64,000 bases of DNA from Oscillatoriales cyanobacterium Centralia_MAG_596 (GCA_021323955.1 JAJPKC010000561.1:8234-72233), one strand, 5' to 3'; counted from the first letter of the stretch, positions 27,499-37,260 are shown. Made by a program: numbers and translations. The notes: a model not told the origin generated them from the sequence alone.

Positions 27499-28854
27499 TT
27501 AAGGGTGATAAGAACCGGCGTAGATTATTGGCTGTGCACCATTTGGCAAAGGTAGCGGATAGACCGCAATTTCGAGCTGCTCATACAGTGCAAATAGCGT
27601 GCTGTATGTGTTCAAGTGCAGCGTCGTGTTCTCAGTCCAATAGATCGCAGCGTAGAAGGTGCTGATGTCGCTGGGATCAAGCATTGTGAAGTTGCCATTG
27701 AACACGTCAATCAATGCAGGCACAACGAAGAAATCAGCATCCTCATCAACATTATTTTCATCAGGATCAACCCAGATGTATTGAGTGTTTCCAGGTAATG
27801 GATACAGGGTGTTTTGCCCTACACCCCCAGAACCATCAGCATTGATCCGGAGAATGATCTGATCCTGAATCGTGCCCGACACTGATGGCGTATCTAAGCC
27901 CGCGCCGTCGGATGAAACTATCGCAGTCACGATGTAATCGCCATAGTTTCGCGTCGTTACGGGACTACTAAACTCGCTGTCTCCCGGCAGTAAAAGCTGA
28001 TCGTAGCTATATTGAATTGTTGCGCTGGCGTTATTGTTGCTCGTGCCACCGTAGCCATAATCAACGATGTGGATCGTATTGGTGTAGGTGTAGCCGGGGA
28101 TGTCCATCACCTTCTGCACTTGATTGAACAGATAGAACTGCTGTGAGCTGCCGACTACCGTAGTCTCTGTGATCGTTATGGGCAGCGTCGTACCGCTGCT
28201 CTGTGAATTGGTCGAGCTGGGCTGCTCATTCAACGTTGCAGTGAAAAATCCATAGCCCTTAGAGACGCAAAGCACGGGCGTCTCGTGCTTATAATTGCGG
28301 CTACCGTCGCTCGAAATGACTTCAGCGTAGTAATGCCCCGCGATCGCGTAGCACAGGTCAACTTGCCAATCATCGCCGCCCAGGTTCGCTAAGGTTGCAT
28401 TCAGATCAAAGCCAACCTGATTCGCACTCACACCCGTCAGCGTTGCCACCAGCACTGGATCTGACTGCCACCCACCGACATAAATTTCAATCCCGTTGGC
28501 AGTGATGACACTCGCGAGAATCTTGATATTGGCAGGCGTGCTGCTGGTTGTAGTGGTCTTCGTCTGCACCCGCGCGGCTGGTCGCTGGTCAACCCGCACA
28601 GTACCGCCGGATGCATTGACCCTGACCGGTTGGCCCCGTTTCATCAAACCGCTGGTAGTGCTTACTCCCAGCAGTTGTGCGTCACCCCCTGATGGGGCGA
28701 TCGCCATCGTGCCTGAGTCAGCATCGCGCCCATAGTGCTCCCATTGCCGTGGCCTACTCGCTGCCACTTCCGCATGCGCTGACTGACTATCAGCAAAATT
28801 AGCGCGATTCAGCGATCGCTGATTGGCTAACAGTTGCAGCACGTCATCAATCAT
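27499..28854 (-). CDS. tail tip / spike-like protein
   Basis: Beta-rich, Thr/Ser-rich; ATG 28854 overlaps upstream TGA. Confidence 0.6.
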   Translation of the reverse strand: MIDDVLQLLANQRSLNRANFADSQSAHAEVAASRPRQWEHYGRDADSGTMAIAPSGGDAQLLGVSTTSGLMKRGQPVRVNASGGTVRVDQRPAARVQTKTTTTSSTPANIKILASVITANGIEIYVGGWQSDPVLVATLTGVSANQVGFDLNATLANLGGDDWQVDLCYAIAGHYYAEVISSDGSRNYKHETPVLCVSKGYGFFTATLNEQPSSTNSQSSGTTLPITITETTVVGSSQQFYLFNQVQKVMDIPGYTYTNTIHIVDYGYGGTSNNNASATIQYSYDQLLLPGDSEFSSPVTTRNYGDYIVTAIVSSDGAGLDTPSVSGTIQDQIILRINADGSGGVGQNTLYPLPGNTQYIWVDPDENNVDEDADFFVVPALIDVFNGNFTMLDPSDISTFYAAIYWTENTTLHLNTYSTLFALYEQLEIAVYPLPLPNGAQPIIYAGSYHP

Positions 28855-29267
28855 CAGGAATTCGAGAAGTAATAGATCGACTTCCAATCATTAACCGTCG
28901 AGCCGACCGCTACCCAGACCGTACAGCTCCCGCTCGACGTTCCACCGACAAAAAACTGACCGGCAAAGTCGGGTGCAATATTGTCGGCGATTGGATTTGT
29001 ACTGTCACTCCGATAGATGGGCATTCCCCCACCCCCAGTACTACCCCCACCGCTCGTTGTGGGTGTGCCAAGCGCTAACCATTGCCCATCACCGGTGCTC
29101 GGAGTCACGATTAGATTATCGTCGGGCGTCTGCACTGAGCCGCTGCTGAACTGATACCACGCTTTTTTTTCGAGGACTGCAATGCACATTAAATTGCAGC
29201 GGTCTTCTGGTGGGATCGCCTTTAAATCAGCCAAGTAATTGACTCCATAACCTGCGTAAGTCGTCAT
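28854..29267 (-). CDS. tail-associated hypothetical protein
   Basis: Coupled ORF; Gly-rich linker. Confidence 0.55.
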   Translation of the reverse strand: MTTYAGYGVNYLADLKAIPPEDRCNLMCIAVLEKKAWYQFSSGSVQTPDDNLIVTPSTGDGQWLALGTPTTSGGGSTGGGGMPIYRSDSTNPIADNIAPDFAGQFFVGGTSSGSCTVWVAVGSTVNDWKSIYYFSNS

Positions 29268-29974
29268 ACTCCTGGCCCATACACAGTGTTCATTTCGACC
29301 ACGGCAAGTTCATAGACATTCGGCTTGCTGTCCTGGATGATCACCGGATCAGATTCGATTTGCAGCAGCACAACCGAACCGGTCGCATAGCGCATCCTGA
29401 AGTTACCGCTACCCACATTTGAAATTGTCAGAGGCGTGCCATCGACTGTATTTGTCACCTGAAAAGTACCAGCGACATTGTTGACACTGGCTGCATAGTA
29501 GACCGTTGCAGCCGTTAACCCAGTCGGCAATGTGCTTCCTGGCAATGCTTCAAAAATGATGCTGTCATTTGTGGCGAGCAAATTGCTTGCGATTGTGATG
29601 TGGTTCGCGGCGGGGTCTACGTCTGTGGTGGTGAACGTCTCTTGCGCTTTGGCGTGTGCGTCTGCGAGCAGAAACGCGGTTTGAAATTGAATTGAGCCAC
29701 CAGAAGCCGTCCAAGTTGCCTCGATTAACGGCAACTCATGGCGTAAGTTTGTGTTTGAAAAACTGCCATCCTCTGGCCAGACCAGATTCTTACGCTGATA
29801 GCCGTATTGGGTTATTAGCTCTGCGTTCACAAAATCTGATAGAGGGCTAGAACGGCTTAAGCTCGTAGTGTCCGCAAAGCACAGTTGAAATTTGCCTGCT
29901 TGGGGTGGAGTTGCCCCCCGGTACATGACTTTCGCCTTACGGCTGATCCAATCGTTGTGATAGTAGGCAGACAT
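29264..29974 (-). CDS. tail-associated structural protein
   Basis: YQRKNLVW..FSN..ATWTASGGSIQF plus inserted beta module. Confidence 0.6.
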   Translation of the reverse strand: MSAYYHNDWISRKAKVMYRGATPPQAGKFQLCFADTTSLSRSSPLSDFVNAELITQYGYQRKNLVWPEDGSFSNTNLRHELPLIEATWTASGGSIQFQTAFLLADAHAKAQETFTTTDVDPAANHITIASNLLATNDSIIFEALPGSTLPTGLTAATVYYAASVNNVAGTFQVTNTVDGTPLTISNVGSGNFRMRYATGSVVLLQIESDPVIIQDSKPNVYELAVVEMNTVYGPGV

Positions 29975-29995
29975 GGCAGGCAGCTTTAGAAATAC

Positions 29996-30012
29996 TGCCC
30001 TGTCGTTCCCAC
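29996..30012 (-). promoter_or_regulatory. putative late promoter (extended J-box-like)
   Basis: GTGGGAACGACAGGGCA. Confidence 0.7.
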
Positions 30013-30017
30013 CGTTG

Positions 30018-32426
30018 CTAGTAAGGCGCGATGATCTTGCGATACTGTCGATCGCTCATTTGCTGCCATCTTTCGGGCGTTACCTCCGCCCAGGTCAGAG
30101 ACTTCACCATGTCCACAGCGCTGCCACCCGCTACACGCACTGCATGAGTGCTGTGTTGCCCTCTGGCGGCACCTGCGCCCGCCACGCTGATCCGTCTTGG
30201 CTGATAGTCTTTCAGCCCTGAACCGCTTGCTACCTGGATCGATCGCGTCACTGGTGACAAATCATAGTCGCGTCGTGTCAGGCTGATCGCACTGCCTGAA
30301 GACGCTTGCAACGCTTTCCAGTTGATAAAAGGCGGTGAAATCATGTCTGTCGTTGTCGTGACCGCCGGAGTGATCAACGTCCCATGCTCGTCATAGACCG
30401 CTGGTGTTGTGATCGGCGTCTGCACAATTTGCCCTAGCAGAATGCCATCAAAGCTAACAGCACAGCGCTTGCCTGCGATCGCAATAGAGAATCCATCACC
30501 GAGGTAGGCAAAGCGAGCTTGCGGCTCGTTTACGTCGATTCTGGTCAGTGGTTTGTAGCTCCACCATGAATCGCTTAAATCGGTCGTGTAAGACGAGCTC
30601 TTGTAACGTCCCCACAGCACCGCTCCCCAGACTTTTGCCAGTGCCAAACATTGCGCTTCCGCACTATATTTTGCCGCAAGCCCCACACCTGTTGCGCTGA
30701 TGTACTCAAACGTCAGGTCACGCCGCGATTGCCGGTACGGCGAGGCTGCATTCGTTGGCATCTTAAAGACGATTTGCGCGGTCTTCTCGGTTACCGTATA
30801 CGTTGCACTGTAAGTATCCGGTGCCGGTGGGTTTGCCTGCCCTGAGTTTGAAATCGTCGTCGCATCGTCTACCTCATTGAGTTGAGTAACGAGTAACGCA
30901 ATTTTGTTGCGCGGGATGGCTTTGTTCTGCCGGATCAGTTTGGCTGCCTCCGGATTACTGATGCACATCGATTGGTAAATCTGATGCTCTTTTTTCCATT
31001 CACCCGGAGAAGCCTCGTAGTAGTAGTCCACGGTGTACTCACTCGGCGTCGGCTCTTCCGGTGTCCCCAGGCTGGTCTTTGAGCGATAGAGAAAGTCATC
31101 AGGGTCGATCGCACCGATTGGTTGATATTTGAGGGTCGTGATTTTGGGACCGTAGCCTAAAACTACAGTCCACTGAGCCGCATATCCATCTGAGTAGTCA
31201 TCAACAAAGAGTCCCAGGTTGTAGGTGTACTGGGTCTCGGTCTGCTCTGCCAGAATCAGCCGCGTCTTATCGACTTTCATTGTCTTGGGATAGCTAGCGT
31301 AGACTGTTTTCAGTGCTACACCTGCAGGGCGATAAATCTCGATCGTGTGGCGTTGCAACCTGCCTTGATTGCCCTGCTGGCAAAGACTTGCTGCCGAGTT
31401 ACCAATTATTGGGCTGTATTGCTCGTAGTAGTACGTTTCACGGGTCACCGAGCTGAGGATCAGGTCTGTGACTCCAGCGTATTGTTTATCTCCAGCAAAC
31501 ACAATTCCTGCTGGCTCTCTGATCACCGTCAGAATGACGCGCTGCTTGCCGGAACGCTGAAAGTTGTCATCCACGCTTGTCTCACGAATGATCATCTCAC
31601 CCGCAGGGGACGCCGTTGTACCAGCTTTCAAACCGGCCAAAACCAGGGGGCCAAACTGCTGATCGTCTGAGCTGGTGTGATCGTTCGCAGGTTTGACCAC
31701 GGCTGCTTTGCCTTTAATCACCAGCTCGCATGGCGGCGCTTCGCCTGCAACGCGTTCAGTTTGCACGATGCTGCTGCTGTTGATGGTAAAAGCGGCCGCG
31801 CGGTTGCTGGTATCAAGGGCACTTGCCCGCACATTTCCTGCTGTGTCTACCCACAGAAAATAGCCAGCGCTGGCGGCGATCGCTGAGGCCTGGTCGATAT
31901 AGCTCCCGTCTAACAGCTTTGGCGTCGGGATGCTGAGCAAGCCGGGGACAGCATCACCTGCAAAAAGTTGCGGTGCACCGGCTGCTGCCAGCAGATTGCT
32001 GATCACTTCTGTCTTGGCTGAATTGGTGCCCAGACAAATTTTTGACGCATTCATCAACGGTTCCCGCATTCGCAGCAACTCAAGCACATCAGCGACTTGC
32101 AGCGTCAGCTTGCGGGTTTTGAGGTCATACGCTGCCTCTAGAATGTGCAGCGTTCCGCCTCGGGGGGGCAGTCGCAGGCTGCCTGACGAGTCAGCAAGTT
32201 GAATCGTTAGCGAGTTACCCCGACTCCAGCGATCGTTAACGCGATCGTCCAGGCTCTCAAAGCTACCACCTTCTGGATAGCCCAGCACTAATGTCCCTTT
32301 GAAGGTGACCAATCCAGACGCGTTGTCTAGCTTAGTGTCTGAGCCAGTGAAGCTCACCACGGCGTTGTTGCAGTTCAATCCAGCAATGGTGACGCTGTAA
32401 TGGCGAATGCTGAGATTAATCGTCAT
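30018..32426 (-). CDS. tail hub / baseplate-like protein
   Basis: ~800 aa after Dit-like gene; hub-like LQVADVLELL..AASAGYFLWVDTAGNVR; ATG 32426 overlaps upstream TGA. Confidence 0.65.
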   Translation of the reverse strand: MTINLSIRHYSVTIAGLNCNNAVVSFTGSDTKLDNASGLVTFKGTLVLGYPEGGSFESLDDRVNDRWSRGNSLTIQLADSSGSLRLPPRGGTLHILEAAYDLKTRKLTLQVADVLELLRMREPLMNASKICLGTNSAKTEVISNLLAAAGAPQLFAGDAVPGLLSIPTPKLLDGSYIDQASAIAASAGYFLWVDTAGNVRASALDTSNRAAAFTINSSSIVQTERVAGEAPPCELVIKGKAAVVKPANDHTSSDDQQFGPLVLAGLKAGTTASPAGEMIIRETSVDDNFQRSGKQRVILTVIREPAGIVFAGDKQYAGVTDLILSSVTRETYYYEQYSPIIGNSAASLCQQGNQGRLQRHTIEIYRPAGVALKTVYASYPKTMKVDKTRLILAEQTETQYTYNLGLFVDDYSDGYAAQWTVVLGYGPKITTLKYQPIGAIDPDDFLYRSKTSLGTPEEPTPSEYTVDYYYEASPGEWKKEHQIYQSMCISNPEAAKLIRQNKAIPRNKIALLVTQLNEVDDATTISNSGQANPPAPDTYSATYTVTEKTAQIVFKMPTNAASPYRQSRRDLTFEYISATGVGLAAKYSAEAQCLALAKVWGAVLWGRYKSSSYTTDLSDSWWSYKPLTRIDVNEPQARFAYLGDGFSIAIAGKRCAVSFDGILLGQIVQTPITTPAVYDEHGTLITPAVTTTTDMISPPFINWKALQASSGSAISLTRRDYDLSPVTRSIQVASGSGLKDYQPRRISVAGAGAARGQHSTHAVRVAGGSAVDMVKSLTWAEVTPERWQQMSDRQYRKIIAPY

Positions 32427-32914
32427 GACGCTGGCACCGGGTCTAGCTCGCGCAGCACGCACCGGGCGATGTATGGATAGAGCAGATTATTAGAATGCTC
32501 CCAGCGTGGCTCGTACATCCGAGCGTGGAAGAGGGCTGGATATTCGATGCCACCACCGTCTAACGCAACGACCTCACCATCAGGCGCTAATGCTCTGCTG
32601 CGTCCATCCTGGTCTTCAACGTATGCTTCGACGTAATCCGCGACAGTGATGCTAAATGGTTGATCTTGTGCCCGCTTCCGCTCTGATCGCCGATAGATCA
32701 ACCACAGTTGCCGCCATTCCGCTTCACTGAGAAACGCTGCTAGCGTCCAGACGTACTTCGGCTCATAGAGTTGCCCATCAACAGTTGGAGTGCCATTAAG
32801 CGAATACTCTACTTCACCACCCGGCGCAATCACCGTGCGCTCATAACCGTTGAGCACAAACTCTTGTAGTGAAACAGCGAAAGTGTCGATGGAAAGGGCA
32901 ACGGCATTCGGCAT
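32423..32914 (-). CDS. distal tail (Dit/gpM-like) protein
   Basis: EVEYSLNGTPTVDGQLYEPKYVWTL pattern and position. Confidence 0.55.
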   Translation of the reverse strand: MPNAVALSIDTFAVSLQEFVLNGYERTVIAPGGEVEYSLNGTPTVDGQLYEPKYVWTLAAFLSEAEWRQLWLIYRRSERKRAQDQPFSITVADYVEAYVEDQDGRSRALAPDGEVVALDGGGIEYPALFHARMYEPRWEHSNNLLYPYIARCVLRELDPVPAS

Positions 32915-32932
32915 CGTGGGCAGAGATGAGAC

Positions 32933-32949
32933 TGCCCTGGTGTTCCCGC
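32933..32949 (-). promoter_or_regulatory. putative late promoter (extended J-box-like)
   Basis: GCGGGAACACCAGGGCA, identical to 37239-37255. Confidence 0.7.
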
Positions 32950-32958
32950 AAATCCAAA

Positions 32959-33594
32959 CTACTCTGCGATCTTGAATTCAGCCCCCAACACCCACCGCCG
33001 TTCCCCTGGCGGTAACTGCACACGAAACAAGGTGCCAGAATCCACGTCACGTAGAGAAAGACTGCCCTGGCGCTTCGTGCTAACAAACGCCAGTGGACAG
33101 CGTACGGTATTGCCTTCAATGTGTGGCAAAATCAGCAGCACGCCATCGCCAGACCATGCACGGACGCGACCAGGCAGCCGCTTGCCATTGCCTTTATGAG
33201 CACGCAAAGTATCCATAGGTGCCATGCCCACAACCCATCCCGGCATTTTGTTCTCTTTGGTCAGGGCAAAGAACGTATCGCAGGCTGGGGCCGGAATTTT
33301 GATTTTCTGATCTTTGGGCTGGAAGTAGAAGAAATCTGACGCCTTTGCAGGTTCGCCCTTTTTGGGGTCACGGTTGGCGTTGATAAAGCAGCTCGTTAGC
33401 GTGGCAATGCCCAATTCTTGATGGTGCAACGCTTCCAGCTTCAATTTCGCCCCATGCTCAAGTGCCTGAAGGATCAACCAGGTTGGTTGAAACCCAAAGT
33501 TTTCAGCGTCGAATCGTGTGTCGTGTGGCCAGTAACGCTGAATACGCCAAAAAATCCCTTCCCAGTCTGGATCTTCAGGCGCTTGAGCTAGAAG
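32959..33594 (-). CDS. tail assembly chaperone C-terminal extension (gpT-like, -1 frameshift product)
   Basis: -1 frame open from the slippery site (GKLLAQAPEDPDWEGIFWRIQRYWP..) into ORF 32959-33477. Confidence 0.75.
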   Translation of the reverse strand, partial: LLAQAPEDPDWEGIFWRIQRYWPHDTRFDAENFGFQPTWLILQALEHGAKLKLEALHHQELGIATLTSCFINANRDPKKGEPAKASDFFYFQPKDQKIKIPAPACDTFFALTKENKMPGWVVGMAPMDTLRAHKGNGKRLPGRVRAWSGDGVLLILPHIEGNTVRCPLAFVSTKRQGSLSLRDVDSGTLFRVQLPPGERRWVLGAEFKIAE

Positions 33595-34103
33595 TTTCCC
33601 AATTCTTCGTCGGAGGGGTTTTCTGGTGGTGCCGTTTCTTCAGCCCATCCCGTTTCCTCTCTATGGGCAAAGATGACAATTTCTTTGACCAGCGCTGGCG
33701 GAAGTAAATCGGTGTTTAGCGTGTCTTCGATCGTCCAGTCCTCATCCCGCATCACACGAAACCGCAGAATCGCCGTCGCTAATGCTAATGCCTTCTGGTC
33801 ATTAGCTTCATCAACTAAATCCTGGAAGATAATCAGTTCGCCAAGATAGTCACTCAGAGCCGTCATATCATTTTGGATGAGGGCAGAGTAGATGTCACTG
33901 AGCCGTGCTCCTTCTTTAGTTGCAATTTCGGCTGCCAGCTTTATCCCTTCTCTCCGTATATCGATCAAGTTTTGCTGCTTCAAAAATCGACGTTCTACAG
34001 GCGATAGGTCACCTAGTTTAGGGATATTCAAGATTCCAGTCGCTTCGTTGCCGACAGCAACGGTTTCAACAGCTTTAGGTTCAACAACAAATGGAAGTTT
34101 CAT
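33588..34103 (-). CDS. tail assembly chaperone (gpG-like)
   Basis: Follows tail tube; ends EELGNF*; start ATG 34103 (MKLPFVV). Confidence 0.75.
   Translation of the reverse strand: MKLPFVVEPKAVETVAVGNEATGILNIPKLGDLSPVERRFLKQQNLIDIRREGIKLAAEIATKEGARLSDIYSALIQNDMTALSDYLGELIIFQDLVDEANDQKALALATAILRFRVMRDEDWTIEDTLNTDLLPPALVKEIVIFAHREETGWAEETAPPENPSDEELGNF
33594..33600 (-). other. programmed -1 ribosomal frameshift site G GGA AAC
   Basis: X XXY YYZ heptamer in frame, one codon before TAG. Confidence 0.8.
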
Positions 34104-34125
34104 GGCAGTTTTTTGGCTCAACTGA

Positions 34126-34140
34126 CTGTGGAGTTCCCAC
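34126..34140 (-). promoter_or_regulatory. putative late promoter
   Basis: GTGGGAACTCCACAG upstream of chaperone ATG. Confidence 0.6.
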
Positions 34141-34218
34141 CGCATCTCAAGGTAGGAATGACTAAGAGGTCGGGCAGTCTCGCTCAACTACGACTGCTCG
34201 ACTTCCTTCAGTGATTGG

Positions 34219-35136
34219 TTAGGCGTAGTGCCCAATCGTTGGTGTACCGCGGCCTTTGAACGTGCATTTGCCTGTGATGATATTGTCCGAAGGGTTAGTC
34301 TTCGAAAAATCAGTCACGTCGCAAACGCCTTCAATGCGTTCCCCAACGGTGTAACCATCGGGAGCCGGATCAAGCTTTCTCACCCAGCCGCGCACACCTG
34401 CGATCGCATTCGCTGCGGCATATTTCAAGCTGAAATAGCCAGGGTCGCTGGGCAGCACGTTAAACGAATAGCTGACCTGCCAGCTTGCACCAGTGACTTT
34501 CCCGGTGCTGTAAATCAAGCCCTTGCCGTAAATCTGCGATTCGGTGTCCTTGGACTGGATTTGTTCGTCGGATGTCGTCCCACCTTGCAGTAGTTGCAAC
34601 CCAGAGTGCAGGCACACAGAACCAGTTGCGATCGTTTCTGCCAGTGGTTCAACAAACAAGCTGGTATCGCCTGTCTTGGCATCTTTGGTGGAATACGCGA
34701 GCTTAAATGCCGTGGTGAAGTAGTAACCAACCGCACCGCTCTCTAGGGCCGCAGGCAATGGATCGATCGGTACGGTCGTCGCAGCGTTGGCGGCCTCTGC
34801 CGTAGTGTTGACCTGAAAGCCAGCATTAAAGAAGTAGATCGTGGAGTTGTCAGGAATATCGCCTGACAATGCTGATACAGCCAGGCTGGTTGCATTCTCG
34901 GCGGCATTGGCAGAGAGCGTTACCAGCACGGGCACGGCAAACTTGAGTAAGCTACCAGCCGCAACGGGCTTGGTCAAGGCGGTCAGCGCGATCGTTGCAG
35001 TACCGGCATTTGCGGCAGCGCTGGTGGTCATCACGACATCGGGCGGAGCGGTCGGATTGTCGAGCAAGAGTAGCTCACCCGGCATAATGCCAAACAGAAT
35101 TTCGGTTTGTACACCGATGACAAAATTTTGAGACAT
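34219..35136 (-). CDS. major tail tube protein with inserted beta domain
   Basis: C-terminal VTDFSKTNPSDNIITGKCTFKGRGTP; position before chaperone; ATG 35136. Confidence 0.75.
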   Translation of the reverse strand: MSQNFVIGVQTEILFGIMPGELLLLDNPTAPPDVVMTTSAAANAGTATIALTALTKPVAAGSLLKFAVPVLVTLSANAAENATSLAVSALSGDIPDNSTIYFFNAGFQVNTTAEAANAATTVPIDPLPAALESGAVGYYFTTAFKLAYSTKDAKTGDTSLFVEPLAETIATGSVCLHSGLQLLQGGTTSDEQIQSKDTESQIYGKGLIYSTGKVTGASWQVSYSFNVLPSDPGYFSLKYAAANAIAGVRGWVRKLDPAPDGYTVGERIEGVCDVTDFSKTNPSDNIITGKCTFKGRGTPTIGHYA

Positions 35137-35168
35137 GGAAGCGGAATCCCTCGCGAGGGTGGTCGCTT

Positions 35169-35181
35169 GTGGTATTCCCTC
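35169..35181 (-). promoter_or_regulatory. putative late promoter, closest J-box match
   Basis: GAGGGAATACCAC (core GGGAATAC). Confidence 0.6.
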
Positions 35182-35200
35182 GCTCTGCTCTTCCAGGCCT

Positions 35201-35608
35201 TTATTGTTTGGCAAACTCCGTCATGTCAGGAATCTTGACGCTAACCTGTTCGCGGATGTTCTTCTGTTGGTTTGCACCAATGACAATCGATTTTGTATTG
35301 GGGAAGGACAACTCTAACTTGTCGATCGCGGTCTGTAGAGTGTGGCAGCCCTGGTGCTGCACCAGAAAAAGTTGCCATACTCTCTGGCGATGAACACCGC
35401 CATAAACGGCTGGAGAGTTTCGTTCAGGACTACGACGAATAATGATCTCTAGCCCAGTGATGGCGCGATCATTAGGCCGTGTCTCACCCGAATCCTGGAT
35501 GCAGATCGCAGGCGAATCATTGGTCAGCGGGGGCTTCCCAATGGTGTAGGTGCCTAACTCCTCCGCTAAGAGGAGAAGGATGCGATCGCGCAAATCTTCA
35601 GCTTTCAT
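35201..35608 (-). CDS. tail terminator / completion protein
   Basis: Size and position directly upstream of tail tube. Confidence 0.55.
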   Translation of the reverse strand: MKAEDLRDRILLLLAEELGTYTIGKPPLTNDSPAICIQDSGETRPNDRAITGLEIIIRRSPERNSPAVYGGVHRQRVWQLFLVQHQGCHTLQTAIDKLELSFPNTKSIVIGANQQKNIREQVSVKIPDMTEFAKQ

Positions 35609-35877
35609 GGCCCTCTCCTAAGGGTTGGGTCTGATTGATAGGTTTGATAGGTCGCCGCTGGTTTTGGCTTTACGTCTTCCCAGGTATCCAAAAGTAGCTT
35701 CCAGGTTTGTGTGGCTACCAGCATTGCCTGAGCAAACTGGTTAGAGTCTTCGGCATTGTTCCTGATACAGGCTTCTCTAAGTCGTTTTTGAAGGTCGACA
35801 ATGAGCGCTGCTTGCTTGTCGATCGTGCCTTTAATACAGGGTGCTTTATCTTCAATCACAGGTTTATCTTCGGTCAT
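35605..35877 (-). CDS. hypothetical protein
   Basis: Coupled ORF. Confidence 0.5.
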   Translation of the reverse strand: MTEDKPVIEDKAPCIKGTIDKQAALIVDLQKRLREACIRNNAEDSNQFAQAMLVATQTWKLLLDTWEDVKPKPAATYQTYQSDPTLRRGP

Positions 35878-36281
35878 AGTCCTAGCTCCTTCTTCAAGTG
35901 TTCGGCAAAATGCTGAGTCACATTCATGTGCTCCTGAGCCGCTTTATCCCACTGACGACCAGGATAAACCGTCTGATCATCCGTCCAGCCTGTGTAGACT
36001 ACTGCTGCATGGTCACAGTCATATTCGATTGTGGCAACCGTCACGTCACCCTTTTCTTCAATCACCACCGGCTGCTGCGAATCTAATAGTTCTGCCGTGT
36101 CGTTGATGTCCCGTGGGGAATCGACGACTTCCCCGTTACGCCGTTTGGTTTCCTTTCCTGTCCACTGCCACTCAGGGGTGTCCAGTTCTACCTGCAACTG
36201 AGCCGCATACACCTCAGCGGTTTTCGTGAATGCTTTGGTGATGCCAGCGTTGAGCTTGGCACGATCGAAATTAATCCCCAT
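35874..36281 (-). CDS. HK97 gp10-like neck/tail completion protein
   Basis: DSPRDINDTAELLDS..YDCDHAAVVYTG..YPGRQW resembles VDTG.L.S..Y..YA..V..G..PGRP. Confidence 0.65.
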   Translation of the reverse strand: MGINFDRAKLNAGITKAFTKTAEVYAAQLQVELDTPEWQWTGKETKRRNGEVVDSPRDINDTAELLDSQQPVVIEEKGDVTVATIEYDCDHAAVVYTGWTDDQTVYPGRQWDKAAQEHMNVTQHFAEHLKKELGL

Positions 36282-36582
36282 CGACTGGTTCCAGAAGTTG
36301 TTTCACATCGCCAGAGATGGTGAATGAGCCAGTGTAAGAGACGGTTTTAGTCAGCAGGTGCCGATTTTCGCCTTCACCCCCCAGCCGCAGGTTGCCATTC
36401 GCGTCGGTTTCATGGAAATGAATTTTGAGTATCGCCAGTCCATTAGCTGGAATGGCAAGCTCAAGCTCAATGTTGAACGCACGATCGCCAATATCTTGCC
36501 CATCCAGCGTCACGGTGGTACTGCGTGGAGTAGCATTGCCCGTTGTTTTGAGTTCAAAATTCATCGTTGTCTTCTGCCTCAA
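36271..36582 (-). CDS. hypothetical protein
   Basis: Coupled ORF, beta-rich. Confidence 0.55.
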   Translation of the reverse strand: MRQKTTMNFELKTTGNATPRSTTVTLDGQDIGDRAFNIELELAIPANGLAILKIHFHETDANGNLRLGGEGENRHLLTKTVSYTGSFTISGDVKQLLEPVDGD

Positions 36583-36769
36583 TGCCTTTAATTTTGCCCA
36601 ACCGCACCAAACCTATAAAAAGCAAAACCGCCGCACAGGAGAGATTAATGATCGCGTAGGGATTGAGCGGGTCGTGTGCTTTCAGCACATTGGCAATCCA
36701 GCCGCTAAAACTACTGCCAGCCATGACGAAATCTAAGATGGCGATTCGCTGATTTGACCAGTTAAACAT
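36554..36769 (-). CDS. small two-TM membrane protein (holin candidate)
   Basis: Two hydrophobic segments and a charged C-terminus. Confidence 0.45.
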   Translation of the reverse strand: MFNWSNQRIAILDFVMAGSSFSGWIANVLKAHDPLNPYAIINLSCAAVLLFIGLVRLGKIKGIEAEDNDEF

Positions 36770-37220
36770 TTGCCGACTCCTGTGAGTTTGCTAGTTTGAG
36801 CAAGGCACCCGCGATCGCGTTAATCGTCCACTCCATTGCCATACACTCAGTCTGTTCACTTGAGTCTGGTTCAAACGGTGCCATGTGCAGATGCAGCAAC
36901 TCATGGATCAGCGTCTCTTCAAGGTTGTAGGGTCGCATTGGGTTCTGCTTAACAGCATCTTCCGGTGTAACCAGCTTAATGTCTGCCGTTTTCTCGGTTA
37001 TGCGCCAGTGAATACAGCCCTGCGCTTGCGTACTGCTCATATCCATGGCAGGCACAACTTTTACAGTTACATCCCAATCAGCCAGCCTCAGCCGTTGCTG
37101 CCATTCTCGGCATTTCTGCTGCATCTGCTGTTCGAGCGTGAGTTCTGGTGGTGAGCACTTCTGCTGTGTCTGCTGTTCAAGTGCGATGTCCTGGTGGTGC
37201 AATTGTTTGGGTTCAGTCAT
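36762..37220 (-). CDS. zincin-like metallopeptidase
   Basis: EETLIHELLHLH (HExxH) with downstream E. Confidence 0.7.
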   Translation of the reverse strand: MTEPKQLHHQDIALEQQTQQKCSPPELTLEQQMQQKCREWQQRLRLADWDVTVKVVPAMDMSSTQAQGCIHWRITEKTADIKLVTPEDAVKQNPMRPYNLEETLIHELLHLHMAPFEPDSSEQTECMAMEWTINAIAGALLKLANSQESANV

Positions 37221-37238
37221 CGTCTCAGAGCATAATAG

Positions 37239-37255
37239 TGCCCTGGTGTTCCCGC
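37239..37255 (-). promoter_or_regulatory. putative late promoter (extended J-box-like)
   Basis: GCGGGAACACCAGGGCA. Confidence 0.7.
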
Positions 37256-37260
37256 AGCGG

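Noticed and set aside
32959-33477. Independent gene starting at TTG 33477
   Set aside because: Better explained as the -1 frameshift extension of the chaperone
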